A stretch of DNA of 64,000 nt from Pirellulales bacterium. GTDB taxonomy: Bacteria > Planctomycetota > Planctomycetia > Pirellulales > JADZDJ01. The notes beneath the pieces are model-generated. The model ran no database searches. It saw nothing but the letters and a program-made list of their open reading frames with translations, and was not told the origin of the DNA. The position numbers were made by a program, and so were the translations under genes. Of the stretch, positions 28,977 to 39,055 are shown piece by piece (position 1 is the stretch's first letter; the number at the start of each line of letters is the position of its first letter). Location of the stretch: contig CAVZCV010000013.1 in NCBI GenBank assembly GCA_963773875.1, positions 82,852 through 146,851 of the forward strand, in the 5' to 3' direction.

Positions 28977-30197
28977 TCATTGCAAAAAGTGCGGCCAGAT
29001 TGAATCGCTGACGAAGAGCCCTTCGCGGGTCAGTTTCACGCGGCCACCGTCATCGGTGAGCAATCCCGTCGCGACGAACTTTTGCAGCGGCTCGCGAACG
29101 AGCGCATCGATGGAGAAGCCACTTCGCTCCGCGAACCATGAGCGATCGATGCCCTCTAAGCGTCGCAGCCCGAAAATCAGCAATTCGCGAGCTTTGTCTG
29201 CCGCATTCAAATTTTCGCGTTCGGCGATCGGCGATTCACCAGCCGAAATGCACTGCAGCCATTTCGTTACGCTGCGATAATTCGTTTCCCGAACGCCAGC
29301 AATATGGCGCGAAGCGCCGGGTCCGGCAGCAAAGTACTCGCCTCCGGACCAGTACACTTCGTTGTGGCGGCAGCGCCTGCCCGAGCGAGCGAAGTTCGAA
29401 ACTTCATAATGTTCAAAACCGGCAGCCACAAGCAAATCGATTGCCACTGCGTACATTGCGCGCTCGGCTTCTTCATCAGCCCGATTCAGTTCGCCCCGCT
29501 GCAAGCGATTCCAAAATGCGGTCTCCGGCTCGAACGTCAGCCCATACGTGGAAATGTGATCGGGACAGAGCTCTATCGCGCTTTCCAAATCACGCAGCCA
29601 AGCGGCGACCGTTTCGTCCGGCGTGCCAAAAATCAGATCAAGTGACACATCCCGTATGGACCGTCGTGCCGTATCGACGGCGCGCTGAATGACTTCTGGC
29701 CGATGATCGCGCTCCAGCAACACCAGCTTCCGATCATCGAACGATTGCGCACCAAGGCTAAGCCGCGTCACACCGAAGTCATGCAATAGTGCGACAACAT
29801 CAAGAGTAATATCCGATGGATTCGCTTCGACGGAGAATTCCGGTGGATCAATTCCACGAGCCGACGCGAGCGGGTGCCAACGCTGCACGATCTTGAGTAA
29901 TCGTTCCAGTTGGTCCATCCGCAGGTGTGTAGGTGTGCCGCCGCCAAAAAATAGCGTGTCCACTTCTCGTGGCTCAGCGAGCCAGCTCAGCTCGCGCTCC
30001 AGCGCCTCAAGATACGGCTCGATCCATTCATCGCGGCCAGCAACCAGCGTGAAGTTGCAGTACCCGCAACGATGCCGACAGAACGGCACGTGAATGTAAG
30101 CTGAACGCGGTACCGTGGCAGGATGCGAACCGCCGGTAGAACCGGGGGCCATCTGATTCCCGACTCCTGTCTCCTGACTCCTGGTACTCATGCCCAC
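28977..30197 (-). CDS. hemW: radical SAM heme chaperone HemW / oxygen-independent coproporphyrinogen-III-oxidase-like protein
   Basis: …SAYIHVPFCRHRCGYCNFT (CxxxCxxC) … HemN-C-like C-terminus. Alternative start ATG 30152 (MAPGSTGG). Confidence 0.88.
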   Translation of the reverse strand: MGMSTRSQETGVGNQMAPGSTGGSHPATVPRSAYIHVPFCRHRCGYCNFTLVAGRDEWIEPYLEALERELSWLAEPREVDTLFFGGGTPTHLRMDQLERLLKIVQRWHPLASARGIDPPEFSVEANPSDITLDVVALLHDFGVTRLSLGAQSFDDRKLVLLERDHRPEVIQRAVDTARRSIRDVSLDLIFGTPDETVAAWLRDLESAIELCPDHISTYGLTFEPETAFWNRLQRGELNRADEEAERAMYAVAIDLLVAAGFEHYEVSNFARSGRRCRHNEVYWSGGEYFAAGPGASRHIAGVRETNYRSVTKWLQCISAGESPIAERENLNAADKARELLIFGLRRLEGIDRSWFAERSGFSIDALVREPLQKFVATGLLTDDGGRVKLTREGLFVSDSIWPHFLQ

Positions 30198-31027
30198 AAG
30201 TATAACCGGCCGTCAAACATATCGGGCACTTTCTTCGTAATCATCCGTTTGATGCGCTCTGCTGAATAACGGGCGCTGAAATGCGAAGCGATAATTAGTT
30301 CGTTATGAAACCGTGCGCGGCGTTCAATCAAATCGTCCAAATGGATATGCCCGAATTTGTGAATCTTCTCCTTGCGATGTGAATGCGCGATAAACGTTAG
30401 CTCGGTAATTAAAATTCGCGATTCATACATCGACGGGCAGTTATCGAGTCCGGCCGGAGCGCTGTCGCCCAGGTATGCCAAAATCGGAACTCGCACTTCA
30501 TCGGTCACTTCTTTGCCGCCAAGCCGCAGATCGCGGATCTGATCGCCCGAAAGCTGCTGCAACTCCGGCTTCAATTTTCGCCGGCGGTCCCACACCACGA
30601 AGCCGAGCGAGGGCACACGGTGTTCGGTCGCCGATACCGTCACTAAGTGTTCACGAGAAAGTTCAATTTGATCACCCGGCCTGGTCGGAATCAGCCTGCA
30701 CGGCATTCGTCCGCCATCCAAGCGTGTGAACATTTTTAGAATGCGGTCGATCGGCTCGATTGAATATTCGGGCACATAAATGGTGGGTGGCTCCATTTTC
30801 ATCAGCCGTCGCCGTGCCACGTAGACCGGCAACGCCGCGATGTGATCCAGGTGGCAATGGGAGACAAACCAGGTGTCCGTGCCCATAAACGACCACGGCT
30901 GCAGACCAAGATCAAATCCGATCTTTAATTCCGGAATTCGCCAATAAGTTTGCACCGCCGCGCGAGAATACCCTTCGATGGTAAGTCCCTTGAATTGGAG
31001 CGTTTTGACCGGTGCGTTATCGACCAT
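30188..31027 (-). CDS. MBL-fold metallo-hydrolase (RNase Z-like)
   Basis: 279 aa with VSHCHLDH metal-binding motif. Overlaps the hemW start by 10 nt (operon-like). Confidence 0.8.
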   Translation of the reverse strand: MVDNAPVKTLQFKGLTIEGYSRAAVQTYWRIPELKIGFDLGLQPWSFMGTDTWFVSHCHLDHIAALPVYVARRRLMKMEPPTIYVPEYSIEPIDRILKMFTRLDGGRMPCRLIPTRPGDQIELSREHLVTVSATEHRVPSLGFVVWDRRRKLKPELQQLSGDQIRDLRLGGKEVTDEVRVPILAYLGDSAPAGLDNCPSMYESRILITELTFIAHSHRKEKIHKFGHIHLDDLIERRARFHNELIIASHFSARYSAERIKRMITKKVPDMFDGRLYLWA

Positions 31028-31306
31028 GCGAGGAGAGTAGGCGGTAGGAAGTGGGAAACAGTCGGACGTGCGTGAGCGGCTGTTAGCGGCTCAGCGGAAG
31101 CTTGCCAACATACACAAAATAATTCTGGTTTGCATGGTCGACCCAGACAAACAATCATCCTTGACGATCTACATCGAAGTAAACGACACTATTCCGCTTG
31201 CCGCGCGGTGAATAATAGATGGCGGCGGCGATCATTCAGATTGTTTGTCATTGGTCTTTTGTCATCCAATAATTATTCAGATTTCGTCATTCGCCATTCA
31301 ATTTCA

Positions 31307-32734
31307 ATGCACACTCAACTCGTTGTTCTCGGCGGCGGTCCTGGCGGATACGCCGCAGCGTTTTTAGCCGCCGATTTGGGCATGCAAGTAACCATTGTGG
31401 AGCGCGAACCGCGGCTCGGTGGCGTGTGTTTGCTGCGCGGGTGCATTCCGTCGAAAGCGCTGTTGCACGTCGCGAAAGTCATTGGTGAATCGAAGGAGAT
31501 GACCGATTGGGGCGTCGAATTTGCCCGCCCGAAGCTGAACATCGACGCCATGCGGGCGCGGAAAGACAAAGTCATCAGCACGTTAACCGGCGGACTTGGG
31601 CAACTCGCCAAGAGGCGTAAAGTCGACGTGATCCATGCCCGCGCCTGGTTCGAAAACTCGACGACGTTACGACTCGAAAGCCAGGACGAGCCCGGCAAGA
31701 CCGAACAGCTGACGTTCGATCGTTGCATTCTGGCGACCGGATCTCGGCCCGTGAAGATTCCAATTTTCGATCTGCCCACGAATCGCGTGATGGACTCCAC
31801 GGGGGCACTTGATCTAGCCGACGTGCCGGAATCGCTGCTCGTCGTGGGCGGCGGATATATCGGGCTGGAAATGGGGACCGTGTACGCGGAACTGGGCGCC
31901 AAAGTGACAGTTGTAGAACTGACCGATGGACTGCTTCCGGGCGCGGACAGAGACCTGGTGAAGCCACTTCACAATCGACTTGAAAAACTTTTTGCATCGA
32001 TCCTGCTTGGCACGAAAGTCGTTGGTCTCGCAGATAAAGGCGATGCGATTGAAGTCAAACTGCAAAATGCCGATGGCAGTAACGAGCGTGTCGAAAAGTT
32101 CGGTCGCGTACTGGTATCTGTCGGACGTCGGCCCAATAGCGACGGCATTGGGCTCGAAAACACGAAGGTGAAGCTCGACAAACGCGGCTTCACCGAAACC
32201 GACGAGCGGCAATGGACTGCTGATGAACATATCCTAGCCATTGGCGATGTGGCCGGCGAACCCATGCTCGCGCACAAGGCGGCCCATCAAGGTAAAGTGG
32301 CTGTGGAGGCGCTGCATGGTGAACCGGCGGTCTTCGAACCTCGTGCCATTCCGGCCGTTGTTTTCACCGATCCGGAAATTGCGTGGGCGGGTCTGACCGA
32401 AGAACAGGCGAAGCGTGAAGGACGCGAAATCGAAACCATTCGCTATCCTTGGGCCGCCAGCGGTCGCGCCGTTTCACTCGGGCGCACCGAGGGACTGACG
32501 AAGTTCTTGGTAGATCCAGAATCAGAACGCATTCTTGGTGTGGGTATCGTCGGCGCCGGCGCGGGCGAATTGATTGCGGAAGGCGTGTTGGCGATTGAAA
32601 TGGGCTGCACTGCCCGAGATGTTGGCGAATCGATTCATCCGCATCCGACGCTGAGCGAAACCGTCGCCTTTGCAGCCGAAGCGTTTTTGGGCAGCGCCAC
32701 GGAAATTTATCGGCCTCGGCCCGTCGAGCGTTAA
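31307..32734 (+). CDS. lpd: dihydrolipoyl dehydrogenase (E3)
   Basis: ATG 31307: MHTQLVVLGGGPGGYAAAFLAADLGMQVTIVE…GGVCLLRGCIPSKALL (redox disulfide) … HPHPTLSE. Confidence 0.93.
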   Translation: MHTQLVVLGGGPGGYAAAFLAADLGMQVTIVEREPRLGGVCLLRGCIPSKALLHVAKVIGESKEMTDWGVEFARPKLNIDAMRARKDKVISTLTGGLGQLAKRRKVDVIHARAWFENSTTLRLESQDEPGKTEQLTFDRCILATGSRPVKIPIFDLPTNRVMDSTGALDLADVPESLLVVGGGYIGLEMGTVYAELGAKVTVVELTDGLLPGADRDLVKPLHNRLEKLFASILLGTKVVGLADKGDAIEVKLQNADGSNERVEKFGRVLVSVGRRPNSDGIGLENTKVKLDKRGFTETDERQWTADEHILAIGDVAGEPMLAHKAAHQGKVAVEALHGEPAVFEPRAIPAVVFTDPEIAWAGLTEEQAKREGREIETIRYPWAASGRAVSLGRTEGLTKFLVDPESERILGVGIVGAGAGELIAEGVLAIEMGCTARDVGESIHPHPTLSETVAFAAEAFLGSATEIYRPRPVER

Positions 32735-32799
32735 TTCGATCGCCCTACTTGCGGTCCTAAAAGCAGCGACAACTTCTGGGCACTCTGCAGGCCGAGCGA

Positions 32800-33381
32800 A
32801 TGTGGTCACTCCGCAAACCGACGGAAGCGCAATTGGAATCGTTCCTCTCCGAACAGGCGAGAACCAATTTTTCGTACGCCGATGTCGGCGCAACCGCAAG
32901 TGGATTGTGCCCTAAAAACTTCGATGACGATTCGAACCAAGTGCTGCTGGGTCGCGGTGAAGATGCGTTTAGACGAGCGTGTATTGCGTTGCAAAAATGG
33001 AGGCAATTTCCAGCACGGTGGACGCGCATCATACCTGCCGATGCAACTTTACAATCGGGCAAGAATGTTGTCCTGATAGTTCGAGTGCTCGGCATGTGGT
33101 GGTGGTGCTCCGCGCGGATCGTTTACACCGTCGATGATGCGGAACCTGTCCGTCGGTTTGGATTCGCCTACGGCACGTTACCCGAGCACGTTGAAAGAGG
33201 CGAAGAACGTTTTACGATTGAAATGAACTCTGACGGTGAAGTTTGGTACGCGATCCGCGCATTTTCGCGACCGCGGATGCTCATTGCTCGGCTCTGCTAT
33301 CCAATCGCGCGCCGACTGCAGCGGAAGTTCGTGCGCGACTCTAAAGCGGCAATGCTGGCCGCTGCAATTGAACCGCAGTAG
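32800..33381 (+). CDS. DUF1990-domain protein
   Basis: 193 aa. …FSYADVGAT… and …FGFAYGTLPEHVERGEERF… match my recollection of DUF1990. Sits between lpd and aceE. Confidence 0.7.
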   Translation: MWSLRKPTEAQLESFLSEQARTNFSYADVGATASGLCPKNFDDDSNQVLLGRGEDAFRRACIALQKWRQFPARWTRIIPADATLQSGKNVVLIVRVLGMWWWCSARIVYTVDDAEPVRRFGFAYGTLPEHVERGEERFTIEMNSDGEVWYAIRAFSRPRMLIARLCYPIARRLQRKFVRDSKAAMLAAAIEPQ

Positions 33382-33616
33382 TGCCGGGGTAGTTGAGGAT
33401 TCATCGCTTCTCAACGGCTGTTAACTCAACGCCTTCTGCAGCGTACAATTAGGCGTCGAACACGAGCCTCCGGCAGAGGTGAATTCCCCCTTTACGGATT
33501 GTCGTAAGTTCCAGATAATGCCCGAGATAGCGTCTGCCAGCTGGTATTGACGACAGGCGCGAACAAGGCGGACGCGGCATAACGGCGCGGTGTGATTTAC
33601 AACCAGGGATCACGGT

Positions 33617-36523
33617 ATGGCTCGAAGCGAAACTCGGTCAAACTCTTCAAAAACGGCGGCGGATTCGGGTCCGAATGGCTCGGTCAATGGCGAGCATGGC
33701 CAAAATGGCGTCCACGCGGCGGATAATGGAATTGAAACGGACGATGCCTTGATCAATGAGGCGGCCGAGGGGATTGACAGCGCGGTTGATGAATCGGAAA
33801 GCTTCGATGCGCCGGAAGTCGTGGAGACCTCCGCAAGCGACTTACACCTGCCGCCGGCTTCGCAGACCGAGGACACCGATCCGGCTGAAACCGAGGAATG
33901 GCTGGAATCGCTTCGCTACGTTCTGGAAAGCAAGGGCCCGGAACGTGTCAATTATCTGTTGGCGAAACTGGATGAAGCTGCACATCGATCGGGTGTCGAG
34001 CTGCCATTTAGCGCTACTACGCCCTACATCAATTCGATTCCACCCGATAAGCAGCCGCCCTACCCTGGCAATCGTGAAATCGAACGCCGAATCAAAAGCA
34101 TCATTCGCTGGAACGCAATGGCGATGGTCGTGCGTGCCAACCGCGAGCACCATGGCATCGGCGGACACATTTCGACTTACGCGTCGGCTGCTACGTTGTA
34201 CGAAGTCGCCTTCAACCATTTTCTGCGTGGCCGTGGCGAGGATTTTTCTGGCGATCAGGTTTACATTCAAGGCCATGCGTCCCCGGGAATTTACGCCCGC
34301 GCCTATCTTGAAGGCCGATTGACGGAAGATCAGCTCACCAACTTCCGGCAAGAACTCCAGCCTGAAGGCGGACTATCGAGCTACCCGCATCCATGGCTCA
34401 TGCCGACGTTTTGGGAATACCCAACCGTGTCGATGGGCTTGGGGCCGATCATGGCCATCTATCAGGCGCGTTTTAACAAATATCTGGAAGACCGCGGCAT
34501 CAAGGACACGAGCCAGCAAAAAGTGTGGTGTTTCATCGGCGACGGCGAAAGCGATGAGCCGGAAACGCTGGGCGCCATTACACTGGCATCGCGCGAGAAT
34601 CTCGACAATTTGATTTTCGTCGTCAACTGCAACCTACAGCGGCTTGATGGACCGGTTCGCGGTAACGGCAAAATCATCCAAGAATTGGAAGCGTTATTCC
34701 GCGGAGCTGGATGGAACGTGCTCAAAGTCATCTGGGGCGACGATTGGGATCTGCTCCTGGAAAAAGACGAAACCGGCCTCTTGATGAAGCGGATGGGCGA
34801 AGTGGTCGACGGGGAGTATCAAAAGTACGTCGTCTCGCCGGGCAGTTACATTCGCGAGAATTTCTTTGGCAAGTATCCGGAACTGCTCGACTTGGTCGAT
34901 CACTTATCCGATGAAAAGTTGGCCAAGCTGCGTCGCGGTGGGCACGATCCGGAAAAAGTGTTTGCGGCTTTCAAGGCGGCCGTGGAAACGAAGGGCCGCC
35001 CAACGGTTATTCTGGCCAAAACGATCAAAGGCTATGGCCTGGGTGAAGCTGGCGAAGGCCGCAACATCACGCATCAGGTGAAAGAGATCAACGAGCGCGA
35101 ACTGCGCGAATTTCGTTCGCGGTTCGGCATTCCGATTTCGGACGATGAAGTGGCCAAGGCCCCGTTCTACAAGCCCGCGCCAGATACGCCCGAGATGAAG
35201 TATCTGCACGAACGTCGGGAAGCGTTGGGAGGATTCTTACCCAGCCGGCCGCCGGCGAAGAAGATGCCGACGATCGAATCGCCGACTCTCGAGGAATACA
35301 AGGGCTTCATCGAAAAGAGCGTCGGTCGCGAAGTATCGACCACAACAGGCGTGGTTACGCTGATGTCGTCGCTCTTGAAAGACAAGAAAGTGGGCAAGTA
35401 CATCGTGCCGATCGTGCCGGACGAATCGCGCACCTTCGGCATGGATCCGCTGTTCCGTCAGTGCGGCATTTATGCCCATGCGGGCCAGTTGTACGAACCG
35501 GTTGATTCGAAAGAGCTTCTTTATTATCGCGAAGCGGAAGATGGTCAGATTTTGGAAGAAGGCATCACCGAGGCGGGCTCGATGTCGTCATTCATCGCGG
35601 CGGGCACTGCGTACGCCGCGCATGGCGTGCCGATGATTCCGATGTTCATCTACTATTCGATGTTCGGCTTCCAGCGCATCGGCGATTTGATTTGGGCCGC
35701 CGGCGACATGCGTGCGCGAGGATTCTTATTTGGTGGCACCGCTGGTCGAACAACTCTCAACGGCGAAGGCTTGCAGCATCAGGACGGCAACAGCCATTTG
35801 TTTGCCATCGCTTACCCGACCGTGCGGGCATACGATCCTGCTTTCGTGTATGAGTCGACCGTCATCATGCTCGATGGCATGAAGCGGATGTACGAGCTTG
35901 GCGAAGATGTCATGTACTACGTGACGATCCACAATGAAAACTACGAAATGCCGCCGATGCCTGAAGGGGTGGAAGAAGGCATCATCCGCGGCATGTACAA
36001 ATTGAACACCGTCGAGACGGCGAGCAAAAAACACGTGCAGCTCTTGGGCAGCGGCGCCATTTTGCGCAGCGTTCAGAAGGCTCAAAAGTTGCTGGCCGAG
36101 AAGTTCGAAGTCGGCAGCACCGTGTGGAGCGTCACCAGCTACAAGGAACTCCGACGACACGGCCATGCGTGTCGGCGGTGGAACATGCTCCATCCGAACC
36201 AGCGCCCTCGGATGAGCTACGTCGAACAGCAGTTCGATGGCTTGCAGGGCCCATTCATCGCGGCGTCCGACAACGTCCGCGCAGTTGCCGAACAAATCGA
36301 TCCTTGGGTCCCCGGCGGACTTTTCGCCTTGGGCACCGATGGCTTTGGCCGCAGCGAAACACGGGCGAACCTGCGGCGGCATTTCGAGGTTGATGCCGAA
36401 AGCATCGCAGTCGCCGCACTTTATCGGCTCGCGCTGTTAGGCCAGATGGATCGCGCCAAAGTGGCCGCCGCGATTGAAGAACTGGGCATCAATCCGGAAA
36501 AGGCGGATCCGCTGTTCGCCTGA
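33617..36523 (+). CDS. aceE: pyruvate dehydrogenase E1 component, homodimeric type
   Basis: 968 aa, intact. …DPAETEEWLESLRYVLESKGPERVNYLLAKL… GGHISTYASAATLYEV… GDGESDEPE…; ~85-aa acidic N-terminal extension. Confidence 0.95.
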   Translation: MARSETRSNSSKTAADSGPNGSVNGEHGQNGVHAADNGIETDDALINEAAEGIDSAVDESESFDAPEVVETSASDLHLPPASQTEDTDPAETEEWLESLRYVLESKGPERVNYLLAKLDEAAHRSGVELPFSATTPYINSIPPDKQPPYPGNREIERRIKSIIRWNAMAMVVRANREHHGIGGHISTYASAATLYEVAFNHFLRGRGEDFSGDQVYIQGHASPGIYARAYLEGRLTEDQLTNFRQELQPEGGLSSYPHPWLMPTFWEYPTVSMGLGPIMAIYQARFNKYLEDRGIKDTSQQKVWCFIGDGESDEPETLGAITLASRENLDNLIFVVNCNLQRLDGPVRGNGKIIQELEALFRGAGWNVLKVIWGDDWDLLLEKDETGLLMKRMGEVVDGEYQKYVVSPGSYIRENFFGKYPELLDLVDHLSDEKLAKLRRGGHDPEKVFAAFKAAVETKGRPTVILAKTIKGYGLGEAGEGRNITHQVKEINERELREFRSRFGIPISDDEVAKAPFYKPAPDTPEMKYLHERREALGGFLPSRPPAKKMPTIESPTLEEYKGFIEKSVGREVSTTTGVVTLMSSLLKDKKVGKYIVPIVPDESRTFGMDPLFRQCGIYAHAGQLYEPVDSKELLYYREAEDGQILEEGITEAGSMSSFIAAGTAYAAHGVPMIPMFIYYSMFGFQRIGDLIWAAGDMRARGFLFGGTAGRTTLNGEGLQHQDGNSHLFAIAYPTVRAYDPAFVYESTVIMLDGMKRMYELGEDVMYYVTIHNENYEMPPMPEGVEEGIIRGMYKLNTVETASKKHVQLLGSGAILRSVQKAQKLLAEKFEVGSTVWSVTSYKELRRHGHACRRWNMLHPNQRPRMSYVEQQFDGLQGPFIAASDNVRAVAEQIDPWVPGGLFALGTDGFGRSETRANLRRHFEVDAESIAVAALYRLALLGQMDRAKVAAAIEELGINPEKADPLFA

Positions 36524-36582
36524 TGCCCTGAGTTCCCTTTTAACATTTATCTCCGCACGCTGAGCCGCAGGCGGCCAAAGAA

Positions 36583-38039
36583 ATGGCAGAATTCAAACTT
36601 CCCGAGCTGGGCGAAAACATTGAGTCGGCCGATATCGTGTCGGTCTTGGTCAACGAAGGCGATGTCGTCAAAGCGCAACAGGATGTTATCGAGATTGAAA
36701 CCGACAAGGCCGTCATCGCCGTGCCCTCAGATGTCGCCGGCAAGGTGACCAAAATCCACGTCGCCCGTGGGCAATCGATCAAGCCCGGTCAGGTTGTCAT
36801 GAGCATCGACGCTGCGGCTGCGGGTGCGCGCCGGCGGCGAAGTCATCAGGCGGGGCAGCCGCCAAGCAACCGGCAGCCTCGCAAAAACAAGCCGCAACAA
36901 CAAAGTCGCCCGCTGCAGCCAAGACGCCGGCAGCGAAGGCAACCCATACCGCTGCGAAGCCGGCAGCCGCAGCGCCAGCACCACCGAAAAAAGTTTCTGC
37001 CGAAAAGTCAGCGCCAGCGAAAACGGCAACCGAGCGCGATCGCACCGCGGCGGCTGAGCGAAGCGACAACGGGCACGTCGCAGAAGCCGAAACTCGGCAG
37101 ACGACTGACGAACCGGATTCGAATGATCAATCCCCGACGATAGCACCAGCTGGTCCCGCCGTTCGACGCCTGGCTCGTGAGCTCGGAGTCAGCCTCGCGC
37201 GAGTTCGCGGCAGCGGCCCAGATGGCCGCATCACTCGCGAAGACGTGATTGATGCTGTGCGGCATGCCAACGCAGTCGTGGCTTCGTCCTCGGCTCATGG
37301 CCAGCTAACTGGCCAGGAAGAACAAGACGCATTCGGCATCGTCCGCCGGGAAACGATGTCGAAAATCCGGCGAACGATCGCCACGAACATGGTTCGCTCG
37401 GCCACGACGATTCCGCACCTCACGAATTTCGACGATGCCGATATCACCGAACTGGAACGGCTGCGGAAAGAAAGCGCAGCGGTATATGCCGATTCGGGCA
37501 TCAAACTCACATCCCTGGCGTTCGTGCTCAAGGCAATTGCGTCGGCGCTAAAACTGCATCCCACGCTGAACGCGTCGGTCGATATGGAGGCGGGCGAAAT
37601 TGTTTACAAACAGTACGTCAACTTGGGTGTGGCCGTCGATACGGACCGCGGGTTGATTGTGCCCGTGCTGCGGAATGTTGATACGCTTTCCATCCCGCAG
37701 ATCGCGCAGGGCGTGCAAACACTGGCGGAAAAAGTTCGCGATGGCAAGCAGACCTTGGAAGATTTACGCGGCGGCACTTTCACCATTAGCAACTTGGGTG
37801 CCGTCGGCGGGCAATATTCCACCCCGATCATCAATCATCCCGAAGTGGCGATTCTGCTTGTCGGCCGCTCGCGCAAAATTCCGGCTGTGGTGGCCGACGA
37901 CAAGATTGAAGCTCGGCTCACAATGCCGCTAAGTCTTTCCTACGACCACCGAATCGTCGATGGCGCCGCCGCTTCACGATTCTTGAACGAGGTGATTGGT
38001 TATTTGGAATCGCCAGGCCGCTTGCTTTTGGCGCCATGA
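36583..38039 (+). CDS. aceF: dihydrolipoamide acetyltransferase (PDH E2); one frame break after the lipoyl domain
   Basis: Lipoyl domain MAEFKLPELGENIESADIVSVLVNEGDVVKAQQDVIEIETDKAVIAVP… in frame 1. From ~36822 frame 0 is open and encodes an Ala/Pro linker, a subunit-binding domain (APAGPAVRRLARELGVSLARVRGSGPDGRITREDV) and the catalytic domain (…LSLSYDHRIVDGAAASRFL…) to 38039. Confidence 0.92.
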
Positions 38040-38095
38040 TTCGATTCTCGGCCCGCTAAAATGTGCGGTTAACTTGGCCGACGATCGGCCTCGGG

Positions 38096-38557
38096 TTAAA
38101 CATGGGTGTGAGGCCGATGCTCGAGCACTGCTTGGCGCAATCTAGTCCCTTCGATTATCCGCGGATACATCATCACCACGACAGCCAGGATGATGAGGCC
38201 AAACGCGATCCAGTCTGTCGGACGAATCACGTTTTTGAGGTACAGCGCGTTGAACACGACAAACACCACAATCGCAATCACCTCTTGAATAATCTTCAGC
38301 TGCGGTCCACTGAACTTGGCGCGCCACACGCTGTGCCACCAGCTCGATTGCCCATCTTCGGCCCCAGGCGCCACTGGTGACGCCGGATCTTCATAGCCCA
38401 GCCGATTGGCCGGCACCTGCAGCGAGTATTCTGCTAAGGCAATGAGCCAGCTGAGCAGAATCGCCACCACTAGCGGTGTATTCGGAAACTTCAGGTGCCC
38501 ATACCAGGCAAGCGTCATGAACGCGTTGGAACAAATTAGTAGCATTACGGTGAGCAC
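38096..38557 (-). CDS. DMT-superfamily small membrane protein (DUF486-like)
   Basis: …MLLICSNAFMTLAWYGHLKF…SWLIALAEYSLQVPANRLG…QLKIIQEVIAIVVFVVF… Start uncertain (GTG 38557 or ATG 38545; the ORF extends to 38716). Confidence 0.7.
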   Translation of the reverse strand: MLTVMLLICSNAFMTLAWYGHLKFPNTPLVVAILLSWLIALAEYSLQVPANRLGYEDPASPVAPGAEDGQSSWWHSVWRAKFSGPQLKIIQEVIAIVVFVVFNALYLKNVIRPTDWIAFGLIILAVVVMMYPRIIEGTRLRQAVLEHRPHTHV

Positions 38558-39055
38558 AAGCGCCTCTTTCGGGATCGATGGATGTTGCCAACAAACAACA
38601 CGAATGGCTGCCTGTATTGAAACCAAGCGGCAGGCTGAATTTATCGAAGTCATCGGCAAAGGCCTAGACGTAAGAACTGCAGGCCCGAGATTGAAGAGAC
38701 TGCGGGTTGAAAACATGGGTCGGTAGGCAAGCGGATAAGTCTTCGAGCTTTCGTGTTTTCATCTTCCGCAGCTGCCGACCCACACCTCCCGTCTGGGGTT
38801 GCAATACGCACAAAACTTGGCCAAATCCTGCACAATTGCAGGCGGTTAGCCCGCAAAACCGTTAGAACTGCGCTCCCAAGACGGCTGCGACCCGTATAAT
38901 GAAAGTTGGGATCCGCAAGTCTGTGCAGCAGTTTACCCTTCGGCATACGACCTGCACTGTTATGGTCCGGGCGTCCAACAGCAATCTGGTGCTGTCTCTC
39001 ATGCAACAACGTGTCGTCGGAGCGACGACATTTTCGCAGACAGGAGTTTCTTGCG

